64,000 nt of DNA from assembly GCA_905178155.1 (NCBI GenBank), contig CAJINV010000004.1, positions 8,145,239-8,209,238 on the forward strand. The letters are read 5' to 3'. A program made the translations under genes and the position numbers. Below the pieces are notes generated by a model that did no database searches, was not told the DNA's origin, and was given only the letters and a program-made list of their open reading frames with translations. Below, piece after piece: positions 11,501-23,333 of the stretch. Positions within the stretch are counted from its first letter, which is position 1, and each line of letters starts with the position of its first letter. The stretch comes from Amoebophrya sp. A120. Taxonomy: Eukaryota > Protista > Dinoflagellata.

Positions 11501-11844
11501 TTCCACTGGACGAAAGAGGCAGAATTCGTCAAACACCACTCGCCAGCTCTGCTTCGTCGGCCACCACCTCCACCTCGGCGGCCAGGTCGTTCTGGAAACA
11601 TGTATTTCTTTTCGACGCCGACGAGGACCTCGCGCGGGCGCAGAAATGGATGCTCCGGAAAATGGACCGGCTCAGTTTGCGATCTTTTAGTACCTTGCGG
11701 TCGCCAGTAGAGGAAGGCGTCGCTCTGGTTGCGCCAGTAGCGGTATCTGATCACGAATACACAGCCTACGAGGCCCTCTTCCGGGAGAGTCCTTTCCCAC
11801 GCATAGGGATGCGGGAGAGAGAGCTTGACGCGCAGGAGGTGTAG
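5583..11844 (+). CDS. Hypothetical protein, 9 introns (start may be the ATG at 5619)
   Basis: ORF pieces 5583, 6531, 7484, 8559, 9618 and 10717 join into one frame after removing 8 TIR elements (each with one DR) and a GT-AG intron ending at 7454; no domain recognised. Confidence 0.7.
5894..6168. mobile_element. Introner family B (degenerate)
   Basis: TATCGTAAGGAAAA..CCCCCCTCCCC...TTTTCCTTTTGATA; DR degenerate (tcttc/ctacc). Confidence 0.8.
6241..6519. mobile_element. Introner family C
   Basis: TATCCTGA..CCCACACCAGAGT...ACTCTGGTGTGGG..TCAGGATA; DR acaac/acaac. Confidence 0.95.
6800..7140. mobile_element. Introner family B
   Basis: Family B TIRs; DR cgcgg/cgcgg. Confidence 0.95.
7184..7454 (+). 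mobile_element. Truncated family B copy forming a GT-AG intron
   Basis: Family B body (AATCCCCCCTCTCCATATCGAAAACG...) lacking TAT/ATA ends; GTAAT...ACAG boundaries restore the frame. Confidence 0.65.
8207..8496. mobile_element. Introner family A
   Basis: Family A TIRs; DR caggc/caggc. Confidence 0.95.
9004..9291. mobile_element. Introner family C (opposite orientation to 6241)
   Basis: Family C TIRs; DR agtgc/agtgc. Confidence 0.95.
9351..9610. mobile_element. Introner family A
   Basis: Family A TIRs; DR actcc/actcc. Confidence 0.95.
10051..10380. mobile_element. Introner family B
   Basis: Family B TIRs; DR ggaag/agaag. Confidence 0.9.
10476..10763. mobile_element. Introner family C (right end ATT)
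   Basis: Family C TIRs; DR tgggc/tgggc. Confidence 0.9.
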
Positions 11845-12250
11845 CTGCAGTTGAGCTGCGAGGTCCTCGGGAGCGATGAACACGTTGAAATTTCGGAAAA
11901 GACAAATTTTACACCTGCCATGCACCGATTTTATTTTTAAAAAATACATTGTACAGACCTCGCCCTATTCTTATGTAAGAAAAAGCCACAAGATACAAAA
12001 AAATAAAGAGAAAATCAAAAAACACAAAAAAATATGTAGGGCTAGCAAAAAACATTGTTTGTTTGTTGCGAGTGGTCACATGGAACCGGTTGAAAGAAAT
12101 TCTTTCTTCTCATGTGTCTAGCGCTATTTCAATAAAAACACAACCTGGCGGAGCTGCTTTGGCACCCGTCTTAGAAAAACTGACTTCTGCTGAGAACCTT
12201 AAACTCCAGGAAAAAATAAGCTAAAACAAACTGAAGGCTCTCGAAAAGGG

Positions 12251-12735
12251 AAAAAGATAAAAGCGGTCGTAACTCAAAAACGTGTTTTTCAGAAAAAGAT
12301 AAAAGCGGTCGTAAAGCAAAAAACATAAAAACAAGGAGAAAGAGCACAAAGCGGCCCGTGCTCAGCAAAAAAATAAGATAACAAAAAACACAAAAAAATA
12401 TATAGGGTCGTAGCCAAATAAACATAAAAGCAGCACAGTGCGGCCCGTGCTGATAAAAAAGTAAAAAACATTAAAAAGCGGCTCTGATAGTATTTGTTTT
12501 CGTAAGTAAAAGTCAGCTAGCGGAATTTAGTCTAAGAGCTGCGTCTCCGTGCTGAAATTCGGGCTTATTTGTCGGCGAAAAATCTACCACATCACTTCTC
12601 TGGGATGTTAGCGCGCTATTTTAGACCATCACTCTTGAGTTTTGGACTTTTTTAGACGGCTAGCGTCGATCGTGCTATTTGAGGCCATTGCTTCCATGTT
12701 TTGGGTCTTTTTTAGACGACTAGCGTCGATCGTAG
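12251..12735. repeat. A-rich intergenic region with short direct repeats
   Basis: AAAAGATAAAAGCGGTCGTAA twice, GCGGCCCGTGCT twice, and TTTTTTAGACG.CTAGCGTCGATCGT twice. Confidence 0.75.
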
Positions 12736-15700
12736 CGTTTATAGCTTTATGAAGTGCGTTTTCGTATGAGAGTCGGGCGTTTTCGCAGCGACAGCTCCTC
12801 GTAACTTTAGAAAGCTAAGAGACCGCTCGATGTTCCGTATTTGGGTCGTGCGACACAAAAGAAAAGCGAACTGAGAGCACCGACGAACTTTTATGCGGGC
12901 CGTATCACAATTTTCTTTCCGCTGAACACACAACAGCGAGCGTTTTGAAGAAAAAAGCGGATGCTCATTCACACTTTCACCAATGAAAAACCGACAATAG
13001 CCACAGCGAAGCTGTTACTTGAAAACTGTACTTGACGAGCGAAAAAACTATAAAAACACACGGAAGAGTCCACATTTTGGCGGGCGCAGACATCTTGTTC
13101 TCACACCACCATCGTCGGATCCATCGCGTTTTGCGGTCGTCGTTTTCGTCGGCGTCAGGCGAGTTTCCACATTCGATCTCTTCTATCTTCGGTCCCACTT
13201 TGTTCCATCGGAACAATCAAGGCACAGTAGGCCCACGCTGGATCTCCCTTCTTCTTCTTCAGAGACGTCGGGAATTCAAAGGCGATTTCACGAGAGGCTC
13301 TTCTTTCTTCTTCAAACTTGATTCATTTCACAAGTGGCGAACCCCGAAGAACGCTGGCACAGGGTGGGTAATGTTTGTTCTGTTTGGGAAATAAATACGA
13401 AGCCGACCGACCAACCCACACTGCATTTTTAACGCCTACAGTCCCACGCCTATTGGAAAATACATACTTTGACCCGCGATGCGCATTACACTTTCTTCAT
13501 AAAGCTGGCCCGTTTTATTTTCGTCACAATTCCTACATAAAGAGCAACATGCGGAGCAGTCGCAGGTCCAGTTTTTCAACGTTCTTTCGCAAATTGTAAA
13601 GAGGACTTCTTATTGAAGTAGCGCGAAATTAGTAAAAAGGAGAGTAAACGCGTTCCCGCCTTGACGCACGATTACAAACAAATAGAAATTCAGATTTACT
13701 CCATTCCTGTGGGGAACGAACTTGCAATAGTACAAATTATCACCCGCCCCTTAACGATTCTTGGGGTTTTGCTGACCAATATGTGTCTGCAATTGCATCT
13801 TGAGAATTTTACGTCAACGGAAGTTATTGCCTGCGTTTTGATTTTGTTTTGGAACAACACGCATGAAGGTGTTGCTTCGTAAACTGCTCCATGAATTTAC
13901 AATGAGTTTGCTTTTCTTTACTTGAAACGCAAGGACAAGTTTGTCCTGCAGTTTGCCAAACTAAGATATCACTATTTTTTTTTACTGACCAGCAGAGGAG
14001 TTCTAGGCGTACAGCTGACAGATTCGGATCAGTATCCTCGGCACGTACGGACAAGCTGGAAGCTATTCGTCACCATACCACAGAAGGCGCTCTTCAAATC
14101 CATTTTCGCGCGCGCGAAAGGAAAAGAGGATGGCTGTCTGCCATTTTGTGCTGTTTGTCATGCATAAATTGCATCTCATGGCACCAAATCAAGTTTATTT
14201 ATCACGTGTCTAATTCTGTGCGCTAGCATTCGTGTACTTGTATGACCCACTACTTCTACTTAGTGCTATTACTATAAAGGTTTTCCAAACTACTAATGCT
14301 ACAGTGCTTCTTTCAAACTTCCTCTTGGGATTTTAGTTTTCAATAAGTATAAGGTTTTCCAACCTCCGCGTCGCTGTCGTAGCCACACCGATCGGACGAG
14401 GTGGATACCGCGTCGGCATGCCTAGGGGCGTGGGACAGGAAAACGGATAGAATCCTTGCCCTACTTTTTCTAGATATGTCGTTCATTTGTGGTTCAATCT
14501 GATGACCTCGAAAGCAGTCGCTCCGATGGCATTTCGTTGCATCGTCGCGACTAGGGGCGTGCGTGCATAATGGCATCGGAATCGGATCGAACTGCGGCCA
14601 CAAAAGAGCTCGCGCTTTGTAGAGCTTTTCTACTGGCTCGAGGTCTCTTTCAAGTTCTCACCTCACCAATAAATCGGGGGGGGTGGGGGGTCTTCGAGTT
14701 TTTAATCTTACCACGACGACATCACCGTGTAGAGCTGGGTGACATTTTACTGAATGAGCGACGTAGAATTCAACCACATTTTACGCCGCACTAAAAACAA
14801 TTTGGTAGATTGAGTCGGCTACGACAAACCACAACGCATCAAAGCGGTTTTATTTATACAGTGAAAAAATTATAACAACCATACTACTTAGAAATAAACA
14901 GGCATAAAACTAGAAATACACCAACAAAAAAGAGAACGAAAACTCAACTCATGCGCAAGATGCCAGCGGGGAGAAGCCTTGAGTCGTACCAAGACGAGCG
15001 GAACAGGGAAAGAAGCAGAAATTAACCCAGGCCAGCAGCTCTGACGCTAAGAAATTGCAGACCTCGTAAACGCATCGAGGTCAGAAAGCCGCGACCGCTT
15101 GCAGCAACTTTGTTTTCTCGGGCACTGTATGATGACAAGAGTAGACGGCGCCATTCGCCATGCATAACGCAAGGTGGTGCAACCGTGCTAGCATGCATCG
15201 CAGACACCAGGATATTAGCGCTTCTCATGAAAAGACTTCTCCCGACAAGACAACGTCCAGACAGCGTGAAACAGCAAGAAGCATCTGCGGAGGTCTTTGG
15301 GTGTTTGTTTAGTCGATACACAGGGCCACAGGTGAGCGTGCATGCCCCAAGCGGACATTGACAGGGAGAGTGTGCAGGTCGATGAAAAAAGTCTGGGGAT
15401 CATCAACACAATGTCAGCCCCTGATCAAGAAGCTATCGCCAAAACGTTCTCAGCAGTCGGGGCCCAACTCGGTATACAACCAGCCACGGCCCCGTGATTT
15501 CTCGGTGCACGGAAAGGAAAAGCCAAGCAGTTCCAGTGCACGAAGCAGAAAAGTGAGCAGCTTTCTGAACTACTTTCTAATGAATCCAAAAGGAGAAATA
15601 AAAAGTAAAAGCCTTGAACTGCTTCTAGAACGTCAGAGTTTCAAGACGTTGCATGAGATGAACTGTACCCTACAGAAGAACGCTGGCGCTTCATATTCGT

Positions 15701-16051
15701 AATGCGAGAATAAGAAAGCAGGGAAACCTGTCACGGAAGAGCCCAAAGCATGCAGCTTCGTGCATGCAAGACAGTTCGCTTGCTGGCGTACTTGTTCATT
15801 TTTGCATATACGAATGCGACACACTCTCTTTTTCTGTGTGATAAATTTCTGTGAGTGAATGCAAAATACCACTACAACGCTTCCGGACAGGCGCGAGCAT
15901 CTTAGCATACAAAATAAGCAATTCCGATTGCGGTCTTGTTGCACAACCCAATAATGTCATTACTTAGTTACGATCGGGGTCTCATTACTTGCGCAATTTT
16001 TACCAATGATGGTGATGCTGATTTTGCAGCAATTGAACTGCTATGTACGTA

Positions 16052-16450
16052 CCGTCCGGAGTGCGGTTGAAAGATGAGAGAATGAAAAGTGGCTGTTCAG
16101 AGCTGGAAGGCGTTTCACCGTGTCCTCTCGGAGCGATTTGATAACGCGTGAAGCTTCCGCTTACGATCACAAACTCTGTTTGTTTTCGAGAAAGAACTAC
16201 AGTGTCACTCTTATTGAAAAACAGACAGTCGCGAAGGTAAGTAGGTTCAACAGATGCAAATACTTCAATAGGTTGTGACCACCAAGAAACTGCACAACAA
16301 GCAACCATGCCCACCTTTGCGGCACAGCATCTGGCCAGCGTGGCTGCTCCAACTGTTGGAACCACATTGGGTGCTACGCAAATACCAGCGACGGTGGGTC
16401 CTCGTGGCACCAACCCCTCAACCTCCGCAGGTCTCGTCCCTGCTTCCACT
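16052..16450 (+). repeat. Diverged duplicate of 18339-18708 (truncated paralog 5' end)
   Basis: Shares CACAGCATCTGGCCAGCGTGGCTGCTCCA and CAACCTCCGCAGGTCTCGTCCCTGCTTCCAC plus upstream sequence; this copy stops after ...GLVPASTL. Confidence 0.75.
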
Positions 16451-18170
16451 CTATAGCACTTAGCCGCACTGGAGCTCGTGCATGAGAGAGCCATAAAGGG
16501 CACAGTTAGAGTACATTACCTTCAGTACCCAAGGTACGATTTTTTTTCAAAAATGCCCGGGTTATCGCAGCATCTTAATGAATACGTCGCGACCTGGTCG
16601 ACGGGGCGGTTTCGACAAGTAAATTTGCGGGTGCTCGAGCTCGTGCTTCAGGCATGCATGACAAAGATGCTTTTCAATTTCATCATGCAAAAACATCTCG
16701 CTTCTGCATGGAGAAAAACGCAACAGGTCCGAAGACAACCAGTTTCGTCGAATGGAATGGAGAAAATGCACCAAGTTCTGCGATGAATTCGCCATTTCTA
16801 CACGCACCGGAACGGGGTGTTGCTAATTATGCTGAGTCGCTACCGTTTCGCCGACCAGGACCCGATTACCCGATTCCAGCAAGGACTAGTACAAAGCGGC
16901 AGCTTGCGACGCCGTCAAGTTCGAGTTCAAGTCGGGTCTCAAGTTTTGCTAATACCGACAGCGGGCAAGGGTTGTCGGCAGTGACCGGCGCGGACAAGAG
17001 AGTGACAGCAGGTACAGGTGGTTTTGTGTTGTGGTCCGTGCATGAGCTCGTTTTGTATGTGGAAACATCCAAGGCCTTCGGCGCTGTTGAGAACCGAACC
17101 GAAACTCTAAAAAAAAAACAGGTGCGGGGAGATCGAGGAATACAGTGGCGTCGCATGGAACGCAAACAAGTGGTGGTACCGCAGCAGTGGACGCAACTAG
17201 CTTCAGATGGGGGTTTCCCTTCTTACGATCGAGTATCAAACGAAAATCATAGATATGTTCTTTGATTGTTTTTGATGACAATAGCAACACAGCCAATGTA
17301 TCAGCATCAATCTTCTTCACAACCAATCGGAATTAATTGGAAATTTCCCATTCAAGTTAGTTGCACTTTTATGCGCACTGTAGCAAAACCCCAGAACTAC
17401 AAAATTGGTTGAAGTCGGTAACGACGCGTGGCATGGAGTATTCCATTGGTGCTGCCCCGTGTCGCTGTTGCATGCGTTTGCCTCGGGTGCATTTCAGTAG
17501 GCCTCATCACTCACGCTTCGAATTTTCACAAATCACAGGTAAACCGGCAAAACCTACTCCCCCGGAGGATCCGCCACTATCAGCATGAAAGGCGTTCACA
17601 GGAAAGGGGTTTGCGACGCATTTTTGCAATCGACAAGTGCATACAAACCTGAAGCCAGGATACACAAAGGAAAGACGCTTCTTCAAGAAACAAAACGACT
17701 CCCAGTTCAATATTTATGTGCGGCTAAAATGGTTCTCGGAAATGTAGTTAAGATGAATCCAGCTGAGTTGACAAATGATCTGGTAGTGAACATTTTTCCT
17801 GCTGAAACAGGAACATCGTCAAGATTGATGGAGACAAGTTGCTGTTCGGTGGCAGGGATTGTGCGCGAATCACAGACGTCAGTACGTGTCGTGCCTCTGG
17901 AAATGAAAACCCAACACCCGATGACGGGGCGGCGCCTGATGCTACCGGAGAAGTCCGCGACGTGCTGTGCGTGACGAAGCAGGAGGGGTGCGAAAATATA
18001 CAGCTTTTCAACGTGAACCTCTGTTGGAATGCAAAATCTAGGTGGGCAACAGTGTGAAGAGATCAAAAAACCAAACTCTCCACAGGGGTGAAGACGCTCT
18101 GGGCATATGCGAGCAGCCGGGACCACCACACGTCGCCAGCGAAGACCACATACCGACGCCAGCACCCGCT

Positions 18171-18217
18171 GCAGCCGAAGCACCGACAGCGACAGCCGAA
18201 GCACCGACAGCGACAGC
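18171..18217. repeat. 21-bp tandem repeat
   Basis: CAGCCGAAGCACCGACAGCGA, a little over 2 copies. Confidence 0.85.
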
Positions 18218-18575
18218 GGCAGTGCGGAGAAGTAATTTCGACCGAAACGGGCCACGAGCTCTTGCTGTCAAACCCGCGGTTGATGTGCGCTTCTTGCGAA
18301 CGATAGAGCTATTGCATCGAAGAAATTGTTAGGTCCGCACCGTCCCGCGGGCGTTTGAAAGGTGAGAGAGAAAGAGCGGAAAGTGGCTGCTCAGAGGAAG
18401 GCCTTCAACACGTCTCGGAGCGATACACCGCATGTAGTTTCTGACGACGATCGCAAACTTTGCTTCGTGCTTTTGAGGACGAGAAAATATCAATCTTATC
18501 GGAAAAGAGCACGTCGCGAAACTATGACATGCTGCAATGCACATGAATAGATTCTGACCAAATCGCACAATTATA

Positions 18576-19337
18576 ATGCCCGGCTTCGCAGCACAGCATC
18601 TGGCCAGCGTGGCTGCTCCAGCTGTTGGAACATTGAGTACTCCGCAATTACCAGCGACGACGGGTGGCAGCAGCGCCTCAACCTCCGCAGGTCTCGTCCC
18701 TGCTTCCACGACCAGCCTTCCGGCCCCGTCGTACCCATCTCAGCCTGCAACCGCAGGTTCCCCCAACGTCGTACCCCCGTCCAACTTCCTCCTCCCGAGC
18801 AACGACACCCTAGTGCACACCAGCTCCCCGGAAATTCGCTGGGGCGGCAACAACTGCATGCTGGTCTGGAATCGCAATCACGATTTGCAGGACGAGTGCA
18901 ACAATCCCGGGTTGGGAAAGACCCCGCCGAACAAGGTGCTGTGCTACACGGAAAAAACAGTTGAAGACCCAAAGAACCAAGTTTTGAAAACGACCGCCAA
19001 GCTCGGAATCTGCACGAAAAGTTCCCACTTGTACAATTGCGATGTGGACTCTCCGTGGCAGATGGTCGGGAAGATCGACACGAATCCGGGCACGAAAATC
19101 TTCGACGACTTGCAACTAAAAGAGTTCGAAAACGACCCGGATCCGGAGATACCCTTGATTAACCAAAAGTACCACGAAACGGCAGAGAAACTGCTGGCGA
19201 AGCACAATAGGATCGCGGTCTCGGTGGAGAAAGCTTTCGGGGGGGAGAAGTTTTTCGCCGCCCCGGTCGCGGCGATTGATAATTTTTTGGACTTGCCAGG
19301 GAATAAACAGGGTGTGCAAAGTCAGAGTTTGTCGTGA
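18576..19337 (+). CDS. Hypothetical protein (253 aa; S/T/P-rich N-terminus, Cys-containing domain)
   Basis: Uninterrupted ORF with GC-ending codon bias like the neighbouring genes. Confidence 0.6.
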   Translation: MPGFAAQHLASVAAPAVGTLSTPQLPATTGGSSASTSAGLVPASTTSLPAPSYPSQPATAGSPNVVPPSNFLLPSNDTLVHTSSPEIRWGGNNCMLVWNRNHDLQDECNNPGLGKTPPNKVLCYTEKTVEDPKNQVLKTTAKLGICTKSSHLYNCDVDSPWQMVGKIDTNPGTKIFDDLQLKEFENDPDPEIPLINQKYHETAEKLLAKHNRIAVSVEKAFGGEKFFAAPVAAIDNFLDLPGNKQGVQSQSLS

Positions 19338-20009
19338 AAAGAAACGTGACAGTGGATGGTGAATGTGAAGATGTGCTTGGAGACGCGCCTGAAGGAGATG
19401 CTGATCTAGATAAGTGCTGACGTTTCAAGAACGTTAGTTTCGAAAGTTTAAAAGTGTCTTCTGCGTACTTATTCTGGGTTCACCAGAACAAATAGTCGTG
19501 TAGCGCGATTCGTTTTCGTCAGTGTGTTCTAGCGGCCTAAAGTTCTGACAAGATCTTGATGGCCACGCGAATGAGAGCCGAAAATGCAACTTTGAGCAAC
19601 ATGGATGGCAAATGAGAGAACATCTCAACCTGGTTGCGTTCCGTTCCTGCGTCTCAGCTGTTCACTTTCAAGTAACAGAATAAGATGAAATTTGCCCTAT
19701 GCGTGAAATAAAACTGTCTATCAAGATGTAGCCGCCTGTCGTGGGTGGAAAAGCAGCTGTTACACACCATGCGGCTGCCGCGTCGGAGCAAGAAGCTTCC
19801 TTTGCCAGATATTATCTGGCAGAATCGCATTCTCTCTTCAAGCACGCCAGAGTAGTTCTGTATACAAGAGGAGCTTCTGCAGTACTTCGAGCACACGCAC
19901 TGCCTGGTGTGCACGGGAATTTGGAGACACGCCTGAAGAGGCCGGGCCGATTCTGCAGTAAGGACAACCTCCCGACCTTCCACGAGAAGCCCCACGACCA
20001 TCAAAAACC

Positions 20010-22117
20010 ATGCAGAAAATTTGGGACCGCCTGCCCGACGCGGATGATTTTTTCGCGTACGACACCGCGATAAGCATTGCAAATATGTCTGGATGTGGAA
20101 GAGTTCATCCAACTTGTCATGCTAAGTCTGGATCGTGCGAAAATCTGTCTTGCGTCATCACCGAAAGTTGCACTTTTTTAACCAACACGAGAGGGAGTTT
20201 CTCACGCAGGATATGCATGATAGAGACCTCGCAAAATCTGTCATGCTAGGCCCTGCATTACAGAGCTCCTTCGGCCTGGAAATTCTGCATGGCAAGTTTG
20301 TGTCCTTCCAAAGGACCAGGACATATTTGCATTTCATACGCGAAGGAAGTCCGTGTCCTCGACCGGCGGCTGGGGCTGGTTTACTACACGGTGTTGAACC
20401 TCATCCTCTTCTACGTGTTGATCTACGTTTTCATGATCGAGAAGAAGTACCAGGAAAACGAAAAATCTATGGGCTGGGTCGTCTCCCGGGCCAGCGGCTA
20501 CAGTAACTTGGAGGAGGCGGCGAAGCAGGCCGCACTCCCACCCTTGGACTTGTTCGACTTGTCCGGGTATGAATTGCAAAAATGTCTGGGTCTGGAAGAT
20601 TGCAACTTGTCATGGTAAATCTGAAGCATGCAAAAATCTGTGTTGCATGAGTGCCAAAAGCTGTGCACTTTTGACCAAGTTGGAAGGGAGTTTCTCATGC
20701 AGGATAGGCATGGCAGAGACCTCGCAGCGTCTGTCATGCTAAGTCCAGCATTCCAGACCTCATGGGTCATGGAAAATCTGCATGACAAGTCTACACTTCT
20801 CCAGACCCAGACATTTCTGCATTTTATACCGGGCCGGGGGCGAGCTCGGAAGGGGAAGTGAACGCGGCGTTTTTGCCGACCAGGGTGCTGTACACGAAGG
20901 GACAGGAGAACAAAAACACCAATTCCGACGCGGACTTCTGCGCCAGTCCGTCGCACCCCTGCACTTCCCCGGCAGATTGCGAGATTGAGAACCCGGAGCT
21001 GCAGAAAGGTATACTACTACCACATATGCTTGATGCAGCAAAGTCAGCAATAACAAAGCTGTCTGTCATGCGTGTTAGTACTAGACAGCACGTGACAAAA
21101 ATACTCAAATCCTCCTTCAAACCCACACCACTAGGTGACCAATGCACCGGCGGTTTCTGCATGCGGCGGCAGTGGTGCCCGGCGGAGTGCGACCCGGTCG
21201 CGAACCCGAGCTGCGCCACGACCCAGGAGCTGCTGATTGACCCGTCGGGCTACGAGCTGCGGTTCCAGACGTCCGTGCACTTTCACAAGTTTCAGATGGA
21301 CGTCTCAACGATGGAAGAAAAGGAGGCGATTGTGTATCCGAAAAAAAAAGCAAACGTGTACAAGCTCCGGGATCTGCTCCGAATGGCCAACGTGGACACG
21401 AAAAAGGTGCAGAGCCACGGTGTGGTGATACTGGTGACGCTGGTATGGGAAGGGAAGGTTGCATGTATTCAATTATTTGTGTTGCATGTATTCAATTATG
21501 TGAAACTTATACAGCATAAGTGCGGTCCAAGTTTGTACCAAGTTTGTCATGCAAAAACTGTTTGAGGAGGACTGGACAAAAACGTATTTGCACTGCAGAA
21601 ACACAAATTTCTTCGTTCTCCATACGATCTCTTTGACTGCGAAATGGACGATGACACGTGCTCCAGTAAATTGGAGTCCGTCCACGTGGACAGCAAAACT
21701 GGGTACTGGGGTTTTTGTCATGCAGAACTAGTAGAGTGGTTGGCGTTTGTCATGCAGAAAACACAACATTGCGGTCTGCCTAAGCTTCGTTTGTGATGCG
21801 GCATCTGCATGAGATGAAAGAGGAGTTTAATTATTCAAAAATAACGTACCTACAGGTACAACTACGCGCGCTCCGTGTACTACAGCGACGCTAACGTTGA
21901 AAAGCGCGATCTCGTCCGGTTTTTCGGCGTCCGGGTCGCTTTGCAGGCCGTTGGGGACGGAGCGAAACGGAGTTTCAGCATGATCGTGCTGCAGGTGTCC
22001 TCGGCTATTGCACTTCTCGCGGTCGCGCGCACCGCCGCGGACTTTTTTCTGGAAAAGGTCGTGCCGGAGAGGAGGCACTATGTGGCTCAGAAGGTGCTGG
22101 AAGTGGAGGACTTTTAG
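20010..22117 (+). CDS. P2X: P2X-type ATP-gated ion channel, 5 introns
   Basis: FFAYDTAKEVRVLDRRLG (YxTxK), TM1, EKKYQ, FCMRRQWCPAE, LFDCEMD, GYNYARSVYY, RDLVRFFGVR, TM2 and YVAQK (YxxxK). Confidence 0.9.
20071..20338. mobile_element. Introner family A (degenerate, left end TAA)
   Basis: Family A-like TIRs; DR cgcga/cgcga; splits the YDTAK motif. Confidence 0.9.
20568..20828. mobile_element. Introner family A
   Basis: Family A TIRs; DR ccggg/ccggg. Confidence 0.95.
21444..21624. mobile_element. Degenerate TIR intron (singleton)
   Basis: TATGGGAAGGGAAG...CTTCGTTCTCCATA; DR lost, but removing the element plus 5 nt restores VTLLFDC. Confidence 0.65.
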
Positions 22118-23333
22118 AAACGGAGAATTGTGAAAAAGGAGAATAAAATCATGCTGACCATTTTCAAAAATCTTCTAGCAGGAAATAATCATACGTCGGA
22201 GTACTACGTCGAACTACCCGGCAGAATCGCGCTCTCGACACTCGTAGAACCAACTCGTCAAAGATGGCAGTACAGAACATAATCCAAATGCATCTTTTCC
22301 ACCTCGAATGCGCACAATGAGCCTCGACGGGCTGTCGGAGAATCTTGTCGATGAAAAAAGACCGTCTTCGCATCGAGTACAACAAAACCGTTGAGTGATG
22401 AAGCGAGTTCAAGATAGTACATCTAGCTTCAACCTTTTCGGGCCGTTTTGATGCGTTGAGAGATAACACACATTCTTTCAAGAACGCCACTTCTTTCCGT
22501 TTGTACCAAATCTCGTCGTCGTTCCGTGGGATCAAACCAAAACCGAAACCTTCTTCATTTCAATGCTGAAATCTTTGTTCTCACAACTTTGCCTCTAACG
22601 TCGTAGATTTTTTTGACATAGGAAACAATCTCTGCAGCGTGGCAGAGAGGACATCAAGCTGCGAAAAGTAGTGCAGCTGAGCAGACGAGCCTCGCTGCTG
22701 TCTGGTGGGTCGCTGCGAGCATCTCGTGGTTTGACTGTCTCGCGGACTGCCGGTTGCAACTGCCCATCAAGTGGTGGAGACACGAACTCTGCAAAACGAA
22801 GGTCCAACCACGGAACAACCAACCAGGGTCTACTCCTCCCCAGCGTGCAGATGAAACAAGGACTGTAGCTGTGCTTTTACTATTCCACCAGTGGGTTTCT
22901 GGCGGCAGGCTTTCTCGTAGCGACAGCAAACCCGTGTTGCAGCCCACGGAGCACTACAAGGGTTGAGTGAACGGAGAAAGACGAACGGCGAGGTCTTGCT
23001 GTGCGAGCACGTGCGCGACTACTTACTTACTCGTCCGTGCACGACGACACAACCCTGCGCTTGTTCCAAACGCTTTCCCAACTTCCCCCGAAGGACCAAC
23101 TCCGTAGAAGCACCAACGAGCTTTCAAGAAGATTTTTTCCAGCGCCTCCGCCTCCGAGAGGAAGCAGTAATCAGTACCCAGTGGACGAGTTCTTTATTAC
23201 CCTGAAAAGACGAAGGTCGCGCGACCAACCTCAAGGCCGGTAGTTCGCTCTCCTGACAGAGCGGTTCCTCGTGGATTCTGACTTTTCTTCGGGTTTACGC
23301 TTCTAGCACGAGGACTACGTCGGCGCACACAAG

